Below, piece by piece: positions 38,995 to 52,962 of a stretch of DNA of 64,000 bases. The stretch covers positions 46,688,001 through 46,752,000 of the forward strand of contig NW_024704742.1 of the NCBI RefSeq assembly GCF_018977255.1. Reading direction: 5' to 3'. Both the position numbers and the translations under genes were made by a program. How positions within the stretch are numbered: the stretch's first letter is position 1; the number at the start of each line of letters is the position of its first letter. Source of the stretch: Callorhinchus milii. Lineage: Eukaryota. The notes beneath the pieces are model-generated. The model had not been told where the DNA came from. It was given only the letters and a program-made list of their open reading frames with translations, and made no database searches.

Positions 38995-39345
38995 GATTAT
39001 AATAATAATAATAATAATCCTTGCATTTGATATAGCGCTTTTCATGTCTTCTAGACGTCCCAAAGCGTTTCACAGAATAATAATAATAATCCTTGCATTT
39101 GATATAGCGCTTTTCACGTCGGGAGGACGTCCCAAAGCGCTTCACAGAAGACACTGTAAAGTGAATTGACTGTATATTTGTGGGCGAACGCGGCAGCCAA
39201 TTGCGCACAGCAATGTTCCACAAACAGTCATGGATTGAAAATGACCAATTTATTATTGTTTTTTTGGGGAGGGATTATTATTAGGCGTGTGGAGTAAGGA
39301 AAGTTGCCCAAGGTTTCGCCCTGTCTGGAATTGAACTCAGGTTTT
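38995..39345 (-). mobile_element. tRNA-Ala-derived SINE, 5'-truncated, with a duplicated 3' tail
   Basis: Two tandem tail modules at ~38995-39077 and ~39078-39150. Confidence 0.85.
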
Positions 39346-39891
39346 TCACTAGTGCAGGCTCAACCTTGTGAGTCAGACAGATTCTAGCTGAAAATACCAT
39401 GCCTCATAGTCACTTCATAGCATTTGTTTGCATAATGATTGAGTTCATACTTTTCTTTCTTAAAATTCAGGAAACGATGGAGGACATTGCATACTTTGGT
39501 GACAAATATGGTCTACACTTCCTTGAATTACTTGATTCCATCTCAGAGAAACAAATATTCACAATCACTTCTGATCAACAGTTCCAAAGTATAAAAAAAG
39601 CGATCAAGGAGTACCCAATGTCAGGAAGTGCACAGGGTTGATACCTCCCTTGATAATATTTAAGAATTATAGACGTTTCAGTAACACATACTTTTGCTTT
39701 AATTTCCTTGTGATTTTACAAAATCCATGTTGCGAATTTAGAGAGTTCAGTTTTAAACTAGAACGATGCAATTTCAGACCCACGCTGTGCTTTAATTGTA
39801 GTATGGAGATGCTCACTGAAATAATTTAACTCAAGCCGAAAATGTACAAAATCATATTAAATTTGCCTACAAAAGGCCACGATCAATTTTA

Positions 39892-40403
39892 TCCTGTAGC
39901 TCAGTGGTTAGAGCACTGGCCTCGCAAGCGAGAGACCTGGGTTCTATTCCCAGCAGAGCGAAATGTTGGGCAAGTTTCCTTACTCCAAGCCTCTGTTTAC
40001 CGAGCAGTAAGCAGGAACTCGGTTGTTAGTCGATTAGCGAATCTTTTTCTGGGGTTAATGAATAATGAACAAAAAAAATGGTCACTCAATCCACAACTGG
40101 AGTCCTGCAGCTCAGTGGTTAGAGCACTCGCCTTGCAAGTGAGACACCTGGGTTCAATTCCAGGCAGGGCAAAACCTTGGGCAAGTTTCCTTACTCCACA
40201 CGCCTAATAATAATCCCTCCCCCAAAAAATTGGTCATTTTCAATCCACGACTGTTTGTGGGACACTGCTGTGTGTAATTGGCTGCCACGTTTCGCCCACA
40301 AAATAAACCATCAATTCATTTTACAGTATATTTTGTGAAGCGCTTTGAGGCGACTCAAAGACATGATAAGGCTCTATATCAATTGTCAGGATTATTATTA
40401 TTA
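39892..40403 (+). mobile_element. Long-form SINE 5' half followed by a complete short-form SINE (40099-40403)
   Basis: Two tRNA heads (39892 and 40099) and one tail. Confidence 0.85.
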
Positions 40404-43098
40404 TCTGGGGCACTGGTGGCCATGACACCAGGAAGAAATCCCTTTACTTTGAATTGTGCCACGGGGACCTTTAACACCCACCTGAAAACGGAAACAAGTA
40501 CAGTTCTCGGTTTAATGTCTCACAGCACCTCTGACAATGCAGCATGACATTTGAGAGTTAGCCTTAGGAACTCTAAGTCTGACAATGAACCCACAACCTT
40601 TAGACTCAGAGACAAGGTTGATATCTTAATAACAAAATAGACCTGGCTTTCTGTACCCCCACCCCCACACAGTCACTGAAATTCGAGAGCCTCATGGCTA
40701 CTTTTATAAAAGGTTAGTTTTGTCCTATGAGGGTAAAAAGAACTTCAAAACCAATACATATATGCAACTTACTTTATTCATCAAATTACATTACACAATT
40801 ATTTTCTCACAAACCCCAAATTTCATAATTCTTATCAATAGATTTTTTTCAGTTACCAGAGGACTTCATTACTGCCACAACACAGCAGCCACAGATTTAC
40901 GTTGATCGATCGATGTAAGATATAACCAAACAGCAAAATGAAGATTGAGACAATTTCTGTACTTCAATCGGCTTTATTTCTACAAGCAACAATAAATATC
41001 TGCTATTTGGAAGTTCAACATGTACTGCATGCAGACTCCCACAGATACACAGGCACAATAGTTTACAACAATTCCCTGTGAAGAACTTTGAGACATTTGA
41101 AGTTAGAGGCACAATACAAAGTCCAAGGATTATTATTTTTACCAACTTTAAAATGAACATACAGTACAGTACAAAGCAATGCACTTCAGAGGCCTAAGTT
41201 GTGAAACTTTTTATATGCACTGATGTATACAAACAAGGGAATCAGAAACTAACATTACATTATCTCAGTCAAATTTGTGACTAAGACAATTGTTTCGAGA
41301 GGCCTAAAAGCCTGAAATGCACAACCAGATTCAAGTCCACATTTAAATGTTAGCAACAAAACCCCTTAAGTCATTTTGTTTTCTGATCATCATTATCTGC
41401 CAACACCCTCACATCAGACTGAAACTGCCACTTGTTCGTGGACATTTTTACTTAATGTCACTTCATATGTTGTCATACCTGCACAATACACACTGGAAGT
41501 ATATTGTGAAGCTCAGCACCATCCAATTTTGGGGATTCCAACTGAAGAATTCAGGTTGCAGGTTGTGCGTAGAATATTATGAAGGAATCCAGGACATGAG
41601 CATCAGATTTCTGCACTGATGACTGAACTTTGAAACTAGTCCAACCAGCTCGGGGCTATGATAAATTGACTAGGACTTTTCCAAAACAATTTGTGGCAGA
41701 TTACAAGCGTGAGTGGAATGGAAGATCTTCGCAACCCAGAAAAAGATGACACTTTCAGTCAGTTCAGGATTGAATAATGTCCTATAACAAATACACCCAG
41801 AACTAGGATAGGACTAAATTCAGCAAGAATGATCTGTGTTATCTGGTTCAATTTCCACACAATGCCAACCCCCTAAAAAGAATATCTCAGAAAAAGGAAA
41901 TCCCCTTTCTAAAAAAATGTTTTTCCCTTTTGTGGTTTCTTCAATGCATACCTAATATTCTTGTGGGTAATAATAAAATAATTTTGAATTCTTGCATTTG
42001 ATATAGCATTTTTCAGGTCAGTGGGACTACTCAAAGCAATACACAGGATATATTTTACTATGAAGTTTAATAACTGTGTCATTTTTAGGCAAACATGACA
42101 GCCAATTTGCTCACAACATCCCACAAACAGCCATGAAGTGAATGATCAATTTTATTCGGGGATTACTGGCCAGAACATTGTAAGAACTCCCTACTCTTTT
42201 CAAATAGTGCACTGCAGGATGGCCCTGCAGTGTTCCCACCAACACTGAACTGCAGCATCAGCCTAGACTATGAGTTCAAAGTCCTGACTCATAAGACTTG
42301 AACCCACTGCAACCTTCCGACTCAGAGGCAAGAAGGCTATAGACTGAGCTGGGCTTAAACAGCAAGTGTTAATGACAAGTCAAGTTACTAGTAAGAAGAA
42401 ATACCATCATTTGTGATTTCCCCTGTGTTATTAACCTCCAGATATTGGTTATTCTTCCTCAATATTCAACATGAGTCACAATATACCAGCATTAGTTTGG
42501 AAGTCCCAGTACTGCATCAACCAATTCAGCTCTCAGGTTCCTGTCAACTCACTCTGCACAATCCATTCAATTCAGTCACCTTCTCATTCCCCGTCACAAT
42601 AACTAATCCAAATTGTATTGTCCAACCCTCTGCAAAATCTTATAAACTCAAATATGTTGGGAGATTAATAAAAAAATCTTATATTAAAATGCACAGGTGC
42701 AAGAGCCAAGGCTTGGGGACTCCAGAGTGTGCGTTCGGGTACTGCTGGAGTCTAAAACCGCATAGCTTGCCATTGATAGTGCTGTCTGCTGCTTGTCCAG
42801 CTGGGACCAGGCTACCGGTTAGGGCTTTGGCTTGCAGGGTTACCAGGATTTCAGTGGGGGACCCTCTGCCCCCAGGGATTGGGCTGCCCTTACAGGTCCT
42901 GCCAATGATCCTGTGCTGTCATCAGCAGTGCCCTGGAATACTGCGGAACTGAAATACCGAGACTGCCACAGAGGGCTGGCTTGAATATAATATTCTGTTC
43001 CCAGGCATGTCACCTTGGAGCCAGTTCAGCTCCAAGCAGACCCTGCTTACCTCCCCCCCAAGGAGGATAGTCACTAATTAGTTTGAAGGAAGTCTATG

Positions 43099-43418
43099 TG
43101 GAGTCCTGTAGCTCAGTGGTTAAAGCACTCGCTTTGCAAGTGAGAGACCTGAGTACAATTCCAGGCAGGGCGAAACCTTGGGCAAGTTTCCTTACTCCAC
43201 ACGCCTAATAATAATCCCTCCAAAAAACAAAACAATAATAAATTGGTCATTTTCAATCCATGACTGTTTGTGGGACATTGCTGTGCGCAATTGGCTGCCT
43301 CATTCGCCCACAAATATACAGTGAATTCACTTTACAGTATATTCTGTGAAACGTTTTGGGACATCCAGAAGACGTGAAAAGCGCTATATCAAATGCAAGG
43401 ATTATTATTATTATTATT
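43099..43418 (+). mobile_element. tRNA-Ala-derived SINE, short form
   Basis: Full copy. Confidence 0.9.
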
Positions 43419-45547
43419 TCAGTGAAGTATTTATTTGAAACAATAACAATGTTGTCCTTTGATTTTGCAAAAACAGTTGCCAAGTTCATAGAACAAGCAC
43501 AGTACCCACCAATAATCAGCATCTTATCTACGTTGATGCCTCCTATATCTAAGAGGGGAAGGCACTGCTACATCTCCCTCTTTCCAACAAAATCTCAATG
43601 AAATTTGCTCGAGTTACTTTTTTTTTCCAACCAAGCAGGTTTGAGTATAATGCTGGTGTAATGCCATATAATGCAGTTCCTCAGGATGAGGCATTAAACC
43701 GAGGTCCCATCTGCATGTTCAGGTGAACGCTAAAGATCCCATGGCACTATTCAAAGGGAGTTTCTTCCGGTGTCCTGGCCAACAATCTCCCAAATAAAAT
43801 TGCTTACTCAATTGGTTGTTTATGGGTTACTACTATGAGCAAATTGGCTGCCAAGCCACTAAGCTTTACGGTAAAGCAGTTGGTGAAACAACATGAAAAG
43901 TCCTCCAGACATGAAGAGCTCTAAATGTACATAAATTATTACTTAACCAACTACATGCCACACTGCACAGCGAGATCAGATACTTATAGCCTTTTTAATT
44001 TGGTCAGACAGGTTTCTATTCTCATACGGAACTCATCATCATACTAAAATGTCTCCAAACCAAACCACTGAATGTTTCGTAGATATTGTTTTCCTGTCTG
44101 ACATGAAGTGCTAATTTTCTTTCTGGAGGAACATATCCTGCTTACCCAGAGAATTTTGTTGGAGATAAGCAGGATTCAAGGCTTGGGGACCACAGAATGT
44201 GCACTGAGATACTAATCATACTTTACACAGCTGGCCTTACAAACACACATAGCAAGTACCTTCACCACCGGAGTCAACAAAATGATATTGTACAAAATGA
44301 AATATGTCTGTAAGTACGGTGACATGGGACAAAGTAAATTCAGAACAGCTTCAATATATGTCAGGACACAGAGGTGAAGCCCTATAAAATGCCTGACTTA
44401 ACTGAAATTGAGAGTATACTACACTATACCGGGTTTATGAAATGCAACATCTAAACTGGGACTCTGGCCACGATTTGCGATCTTCTCTTTTGCAAATTAA
44501 AAACCAAGAGTAAGTTGAAAAAAAGACAATATTACTTGCCAGGCCAGGCCCTCTCCAACTTTCTAAAATTGATTTTAGTTTAAAGAAAATAAATCAATTA
44601 TATTTAATGGGTATAAAACGATTTCTCCATAATCAAAAGGCAAAGTACTGCAGCGACTTCTGGATTTCTCCATAAAGTTCAGGAATAGTGATTTCTATAT
44701 TTAACAAGACACAATGCCAATTCAACATTGAGGCAGTAAACAACATGTCACTGACAGACTTGGCAGACCCAATTACTCCCCCAGTCAGCTCTCAGGCAGA
44801 GCCAATTCAATAATATTTTGCCAACATCCCAGGGCTGGTCTCAACTGACTGACAAATAACAATAGGAGTTACTGTACAAAGAGACCATATGAGGTGCTTG
44901 AATCACTGTAAGAGACAGAATATTTTTGCAGAAATCTTGGGGTAGGGGATTTACCAGATTCTTGTTTAAGCTTAATTGGCACAGCTTTTGGTAGAAGTTT
45001 GTCACCTTCTTCCCTCTCACCACCAACCCCCCCACCCCCACCACCTCCCTTGCACCAATTGCTCTATGGGAGGTAAGGGAAGAATATGTTATCATCTTCA
45101 GTGTCACTTGAGGCTTGTTAACCATATATCCATGTCATCCAGTTCAGCATCCAAGCTCTTGAGTCAGCTGGAGACGTATCTTACAACCTGCACATCAATT
45201 TGTCAACTCACAACTCCCCACCCCATATATACACACATACTCTCCATCATTTGTACAGTGAAAACTAATAGCCTTTCCTCATAACAGACACTGATGCCCA
45301 AGAATCATTCTGGCCATTATTCTTTGAACTTTATACATATCAATGGCCTTTTTAAAGGCAAGTGCCCAAACTGCACACACAATTCTACTTACTCATTGAT
45401 TGTAAGACCAATTGTTTTAGAATGTAAGAGAATGTAGAATTGCAGAAAATTACTAATTTCAGCCTTATTATTATTATTACAATGAATTAGGATTTGGATT
45501 CAGGAATTTTATGTGGGACCTTAAAATGTTAAGATAAAATATTTTAA

Positions 45548-45903
45548 TTATAGTAATAATTGCATTTGATATAGCACGGTATCACATCTTCGAGACGTCT
45601 CAAAGCACTTCATAGAATATACTGTAAAGTGAACTGACTGTATACTTTGTGGGTGAAACATGGCAGACAATCACACACAGCAGTGTCCTATAAACAGTCA
45701 AGGATTGAAGAGACCAATTTTTTTTAAAAAAAGAAATTATTACCCCGGAAAGCAATCCGCCAATCGACTAACAACCGGGATCCTACTTACTGCTAGGTAA
45801 ACAGAGGTGTGTGGAGTAAGGAAACATTTTCACCCTGCCAGGAATCAAACCCTGGTCTCCTGCTTGCAAAGCGTGTGCTCTAACCACTGAACCATAGGAC
45901 TCC
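45548..45903 (-). mobile_element. tRNA-derived SINE, long form
   Basis: Full copy with the central segment. Confidence 0.85.
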
Positions 45904-47504
45904 AAAGTCTTATAGACTAGGGCTTTGGTGAAATTTCAGGTCTCTAAGTATCCTTCAGCGCTTTGAGACATCCTCCCAACGTGAAAGGCGCTTTACAAAT
46001 GTAATTGGTTATTATCTTAACTGAACTTAACTGAACAAACCAAAATCTCCAGAGTATCTCTCTTTCAATGCTAAACTTTGAGCACTCTCTCACTTGTATG
46101 TACATACAGGAAATCACATGGAGAGCAAAACATAGCAAAGTATATCTTCAGGCAAAGTGTACAATGATCTAAGAACAATTTGGTAGCATTACAAATTGTA
46201 ACACATCAAGGTCAAAAATGTAATACGATATAATCTCAAGATTCTGGCATCATGCAATCCCAAATTTGATAGAAGCCTCTTTACTCGCCCACAAAATATA
46301 GTCAATTAACTTTACACTCTGCGAAATGCTTTGCGATGTCTAGTAGACGTGATAAGACGCTATATCAAATGCAAGGATATGTATCATTATTATTACTCAC
46401 TCTCAGACATTTATTGCACTTACCAGTCAAGATCCATCTACACATGAATCACCTGGAATGTGTAACAAAACAGATATAGTGGGACGTTCTCCAACAGCGA
46501 ACGTAGATGCAAAAGCCAATCCACTCAAAATGCTGCTATGCTTGGCTTACTCCCACTACAGATCATACTCACTCAAGATAAATTCTGGCTCAGCATGGGA
46601 TATAATAATAGGAGTTCAAAATCCTCAGCCTAATTCTCCACTATTATAATTGGACAATCATTTGAAATGCTTAGGACCATTTTGTAAATAAAAATGGTGC
46701 ATTTCAGTGCAAACACCACTCTTGTCTGTATTAAAATCGACTTCCTCAATGACTTTCGCTGTTGGAGCACGTCCCTTTCTATCTGTTCTGTAACAAATTA
46801 TGAGCACAGTTCAAAGCATTATTTTGCGGATGTTTTCTAGCACAAAAAACACTAGATGATTCATGTTTAGATAGATTTGAGACTAATTGCAAATACTTCT
46901 AAGAGTTAATACACATTCAGATATTTTAACATGAATGGAACCAAGTTGTGCTTTAAGATAACATCAAAACGTTTCATTGTACCACCTCTAATCTTTGAAT
47001 GCATTTTAGTAAAACTATGATAAAAAAAAGCTTACTAACAGCTGCTCTTTAGTAGGTGTACATTTGTAGTGTAAAACCAAAAAATGACTATGTTATAAAT
47101 AATCAATTTTCAGAAGGGTGTGAATCAATGCAACCCTAGCAGTCTAGTCATAGTTTGTATTCTCAAATCAAAAAACAATCCACGTGAGATAAGAAATTCA
47201 TTTTAAAATGAAAGTTGTTTTAAAATGAATTAACAAAAAACAACTCTAGAGTTAATAGGTGCCCAAGTTTCAATCACACCTTCCTGCGTGAAGGACTCTA
47301 TATTCATGCAGGTTGCAGTAATTACACCTCCAGGAGTACTGTCCATGCCTCTCAGTTCAAGTTTAATAAATCTTACAGTACAATTTATGCTAAGCAGCAC
47401 ACATCAAATCAATACTAATAAATTGCTTGTAAAATCAAGCTTTATATGGGATTTTTTCTTGCAGTAAAGAACAATTTACAACGTAAAAGTACAATTTACC
47501 ACCA

Positions 47505-48685
47505 GAATGTCTGTCAGACACCAAGTCCTGGATGAGAGCTAACTTTCTTCAGTTGAAGGTCAACAAGACCGAGGCCCTCCTCATCGGCTCCCGTCAGCGC
47601 CTCCACACCTCAGGCGCTGAAGGCATCACCATCCATGGTTGCATACTCCGCCTCACTAAGCCAGTCCGGAACCTTGGGGTCTTGTTTGACCCTCAACTAA
47701 CCTTTCTACCTCACATCTACACCATGACCCGCTCTGACTTCCCCCACCTGCGCAATATCTCCCGGCTCCACCACTGTCTCACACTGCAGACCGCCAAAAC
47801 CCTCATATACGCTTTCATAACATTGAGGCTTGACTATGCAAACTCATTGCTTGTCGGCCTTCCCAACTCCTCCCTCCACAGGCTGCAGATCATCCAGAAC
47901 CCTGCAGCCCATGTCCTCTCCCGCACCAGGCTCTGTGACTCCATCAGCCCTATCCTCACCAGACTCCACTGACTTCCTATCACAGACGATACAGTTCAAG
48001 ATCCTGGTCCTCACCTTCAAAGCCCTTCATGGCTTTGGTCCCACCGACTTCTGTGACCTCCTAACCCCCTACCATCATGTCCGCTCCCTCCGCTCAGCGG
48101 GCTCCGGCTTGCTTCACATCTCTTGCGTCACCCGCCCCAACATTGGCGGGCAGGCCTTCTGCCACTCAGCCCCAACCTCGTCCCCTCCCTCGCCTCCTTC
48201 AAGACCCATCTCAAGATCCTTCTCTTCGACCGTGCTTTCGATGTCCCTGCTTCCCCCCCTGCCCTCCACCCTCCCCATTCCCGACCCCCAGCTCGGGTCC
48301 AAAACACTAACTGTCCAGCCTAAGGACATCCTTCCAACATAAACGGTGCGATACAATTGTAATTTTGTTGTTGTTGCTCCATGTCTCCTGCCCGACCCGC
48401 CTTACCATTGGCGGCCGGGCTTTCAGCCTCTCTGCCCTCACCCTTTGTAAATCCATCCCACAACCCCTTTGCCTTACCCCTTTGCCTTGCTCCCTCCCTT
48501 GCCTCCTTCAACGCACTACTCAAGATCCTCCTTTTTGACTGTGCCTTCAGCCGCCCTCTTTCCTCTCTACCTCCCTCATCCCAACCCTGACCCCCCACAC
48601 TCGTATCCTGATCCCCGACTGTTCAGTGCCTTGGGACATCCTCCCGACATGAAAGATGCTTTACAACTGTAATTTTGTTGTTGCA
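47505..48685 (+). mobile_element. Two L2 3' fragments
   Basis: [20 protein letters not shown]..., with two (TTG)n tails. Confidence 0.85.
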
Positions 48686-51123
48686 GATATCCCTCACTCA
48701 TGCTTGTTCACTGAAGGATTGATGTGGGCTGATAGCAATTCTGACTGAATTAAATGCTGCAAGTCAGTGCAGTTTATGAGTTCATGCCCAGTTCACTGTG
48801 ATTGTAATTGGATTTGCATCACACAGTGAGTCATATCAAACAATGCAGAGACTACAATAGAGAAAGGTAGTGTGCATCACTAGTCATTAGCGAGGACACG
48901 ATAAGCAAATAAAAGTTAGAAACAAGATGCAGCAGGAAGGAAAATGTTAGTTTTAATGGTTTAATCCTTTCAGGGGATTTCGTTTTTTCCAATGCTTCGA
49001 TGCCACATTGCATTCTTCCAGTCTCATCAATGCTCTAAGACAGTATGAAAAATATTCAAATAAAATTTACAGAAACTCTGTGAACCGGAATATATATCAG
49101 TGTATCACCAACTCTGTACTCCATGGCCAATTTGAATTAGACACACTTTAACCACACTTAGGATCTTAAAAACTGGCTGTCCGCCAGCAACATCAAATCA
49201 TAAGCCAATCAATGCAAAGCACGTCATCTTCCTATTTTCACACTTCACTTAAAACAAAGCAAGCCTACTCAGGCAATATCCTGAGAACACAACATGCAAG
49301 AAAAGATGTCAAACTCAATTTTGCTGCTCACAATACAGTACCATTGTAACACAATTATTTGCATGCAAGTGTTCCAATACACAAAATACAGTAAGCTGTC
49401 ATACATTCATTCTCCTGGCTCTATGTGGTAAAATAATATGCAACCAGATTGTTCATATATATGGATAGAAATTTCACCTGGATCTAGATTTACTCTATAT
49501 ATGTAGTATTTCAGATTGTCCATAATTTGGCAAATTGTTGAATTGAGTTTCAACTGTGAAGCCAGTTTTCTGCAATAAAAGAACTTTTTACAGAAAACCT
49601 GCTTCCAAATTCAACCTTCTGATTCAGAGACAAGAGTCCTATCAACTGAATAAGGTCGGCACAACATTCTGTGAACTTAATAGGTTTGAAGCAAAAGCTC
49701 AACTTGGACATTCAATTGTATGAAGTGGAATGGACTGAGCCAAACACCATTAAACTACGGTCAGGAGAAAATAAAGGTCTCCATCATTTGCGCAGCAGAA
49801 CTTTCAAAACAAGGAGAAGTTTAAATCAGAATGCTGAAGCCAATGATTATTTTTCATTGAATAATGACATCATATGAAGAAATGCACTCTCATCATGGTC
49901 AAGTACAGCGCAGAAGGTTGGATAACGAGACCAGATTGTGGAGTGTGTAGGAGATCTGGCATCAACGTTAGTACAAACATAAGATATTTCATCCTAGAGG
50001 TCTCATGGCATTGGATTCCATCCACACCCACAATCTGGATATGTACAAATTGTTCTAAAGTTAGATATACACAACATATCAGCTGCTGTGTCTGAAGGCC
50101 AACCAAGCTACAAGATATGTCGCAGTTAATAGTTTTTTTTCCAAACTGCTGTCAGGAAATTATAACATATTGGAAATTCAATATTCAAACTGGTGTTAAT
50201 GATCACCAATTCATTCAATAAATTGCATGTTGTTTAGTTTGTTTATGGACAGAATTGATGATAACCATAAACATGTAGAATTTTAGTGCATCTCTGAATG
50301 GATGTCCACATTTCTCTTGTGTAATAGTAAGCACAGAAAACATGTTAGACATTCACATCTAGAAGTTATTTCTTGCATGAAATGTCAGGTTTCTCCTTAA
50401 AAAATACATCAGGACAGATTCTAAGGTGCCTTGACGTAATAGGTGTCAGCCTGGCTAATCTCGTAATACTCTTGCCTCCGAATCAGTAGGTTTGGGTTCA
50501 AAGCCACATTAGGATTTTGAGCACATAGTCTATCTAGGCTGTCACTCTAATGCTGTGCTGGAGGGAATGCTGCATTGCCAGCAGTACCAACTCTTTGATG
50601 ACGCGACAAACTAAGGTCCAACGTGCCTGTCCAAGTGGACATTAAAAATATTTGGGCGCAATTCAAAAAGAGAAGAAAGAAAGTTCCTCCTGGTTTCCTG
50701 GCCAACAATTCCCAGGATAGAAAATTGATCATCATTTTGACAACTGTTTGCGGAGCACTGCTGTGCACAAACTGGCTGCCATGTGCCCACAACTATAGAG
50801 TCACCGCACTTTACAATGAATCCTGTGAAGTCTTTTGAGGCATTATGACATATCAAATGCAAAGATTATTAATATTATTATAATACTACATCACTAAACA
50901 AAAAGTTATGGGGTGAAAAATGCAGTATGCTCTATAATACCACATACCGCATATTTCACACTCAAAATGTTGACTTTAAAACTGTAAGACCATATTTAAT
51001 TCAAGTGTGTTAAACGGCTGAAGTTATCAATGGTGTCAGCAGAAAGAGATGAACAGAAGGGATATACAACTAAGCAGCAAAGTGCAATCTGAATGAGGGA
51101 TTATATTGTATTATCCAACTCGT

Positions 51124-51260
51124 GAGTTCTAACGAAAGGTCATCGACCTGAAATGTTAACTCATTTTCCTCTCTCCATAGATGCTGCCTGACCTGCTGTG
51201 TGTTCCCAGCAACTTCTGTTTTTATTTCAGATTTCCAGCATCTGAGTATTTTGCCTTTTA
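51124..51260 (+). mobile_element. Penelope-like element terminal repeat fragment with a decayed hammerhead motif
   Basis: GAGTT-CTAACGA-A-AGGTC-ATC-GACCT-GAAA-TGTT-AACTC followed by GATGCTGCCTGACCTGCTG..TTTCAGATTTCCAGCATCTG, which I recognise as a common chondrichthyan repeat end. Confidence 0.65.
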
Positions 51261-52669
51261 CTTGGAAAGGCATTTGTCAATAGGATACTCGACACTTCAA
51301 AGAAACAACGACAACAAATTACATTTGTATAGGGCCTTTCACGTCAGGAGGATGTCCCAAAACAGATCAATATTAAATAGGAAGATGGTAGGGTTGGTAC
51401 TCTGGAAGGATGATATTAAAATAGTTTAAAAAAACCTGCTTCATCTGAACCACTCTTGCAATCTTGTGAATACTGTACTCTGGTGCTACCTTCAAAGTTT
51501 TGATCTTGTTTTTGTATCGATCAGAGTTTGGCCTTTACTGGTAAGAATTATTTTCCACTCTCGGTTTGATGTATGAGATAATAATAATATTCCTTGCACC
51601 TAGACAAAAAGAACAATTGTTTGAATGGTAATGATCTTTGGGTAAAGTTTTCATGCCACACAAATAGAAACTGAGAAGTAAGCTTTTGGGGAGGAGAGGA
51701 AATAGAAACCAACAATACTGACAAATGAGAAACACCACTAGATTATGTTACAATTTAGAGTTGGACTTGGTAAATAGAAAAACATTGCAAAAAGGCAAGG
51801 CAGCTCAGCCCATGATTCCAGAAAGCAGAACTCCATGCTCACAGAAAACCTTCCTACAGAAATTAACACTCAGTTTATTCATTCTTAGCATTCATTTGCT
51901 AGGCCTACAGCTTTATTTATGTTTTTAAAAAAGTAACTTGAACAAGTAAAACATTGCTCACAAGAACATGCTGGACCAATACATAGATCAAATAATCATA
52001 GCATGTTAAGAGTTGAAATTCTATAACCATTAAAATATCAGGTGGCTAAACCTCCAAACCATGTTTGCAATCAAGTGTGGGCCACAAGAGATTTTACTCC
52101 CTTGGGTATGCAACCCTTGTCTGCTAGCACAAACTACACAAAATTACTGCACTTTTAAGATAATGCTCCTCACATGTGCAGTACAGTGGAACTTCACTAT
52201 ATTAATAATATAACAATCCTGTGTGATCCGCCATCACACAGAGGATACAGTTCAAGATCCTGGTCTTCACCTTCAAAGCCCTCCACAGTCTTGCTTCCCT
52301 CGACCTCTCTGACCTCCTAACCCCCTACCATCCTGTTCGCTTCCTCCGCTTAGCGGGCTCTGGCCCGCTTCACATCCCCCGCCTCGCTCACCCGACTATT
52401 GGCGGACCAGCCTTCCGCCGCTCTGCCCCCACCCTCTGGAACTCCATCCCGCAGTCCCTCCCCCCCCCCCTTTCCCTCGCCACCTTCAAGACCCATCTTA
52501 AGACCCTCTCTTCAACCTTGCTTTCTATCTTCCTGCTTCCCCCACTGCCCTCCACCCTCCCCAATCCCGACCCCCAGCTCGGGTCTATAACTCTGTCTGT
52601 CCAGCGCCTTGGGACGTCTTCCTGACATGAAAGGCGCTTTACAAATGTAATTTTGTTGTTGTTGCTGTT

Positions 52670-52815
52670 TCTATAGCGCCTTGTCACGTCTTCGAGATGT
52701 CTCAAAGCGCTTCACAGAATACACTGTAAATTGAATTGACTGTATATTTTTGTAGGCAAAACACGGTAGCCAATTGCACGCAGCAGTGTCCCATAACAAT
52801 TGTGGATTGAGTGAC

Positions 52816-52867
<52 letters not shown>

Positions 52868-52931
52868 GTATGTATGTATGTATGTATGTATGTATGTATG
52901 TATGTATGTATGTATGTATGTATGTATGTAT

Positions 52932-52962
<31 letters not shown>

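Noticed and set aside
41616..41641. Second hammerhead-like motif CTGATGA...GAAACTAGTC
   Set aside because: Core boxes and a palindromic ACTAGT are present, but neither stem II nor stem I can pair; at best a heavily decayed relic.
42413..42952. 179-aa plus-strand ORF
   Set aside because: Non-ATG start, heterogeneous composition and no recognisable motif.
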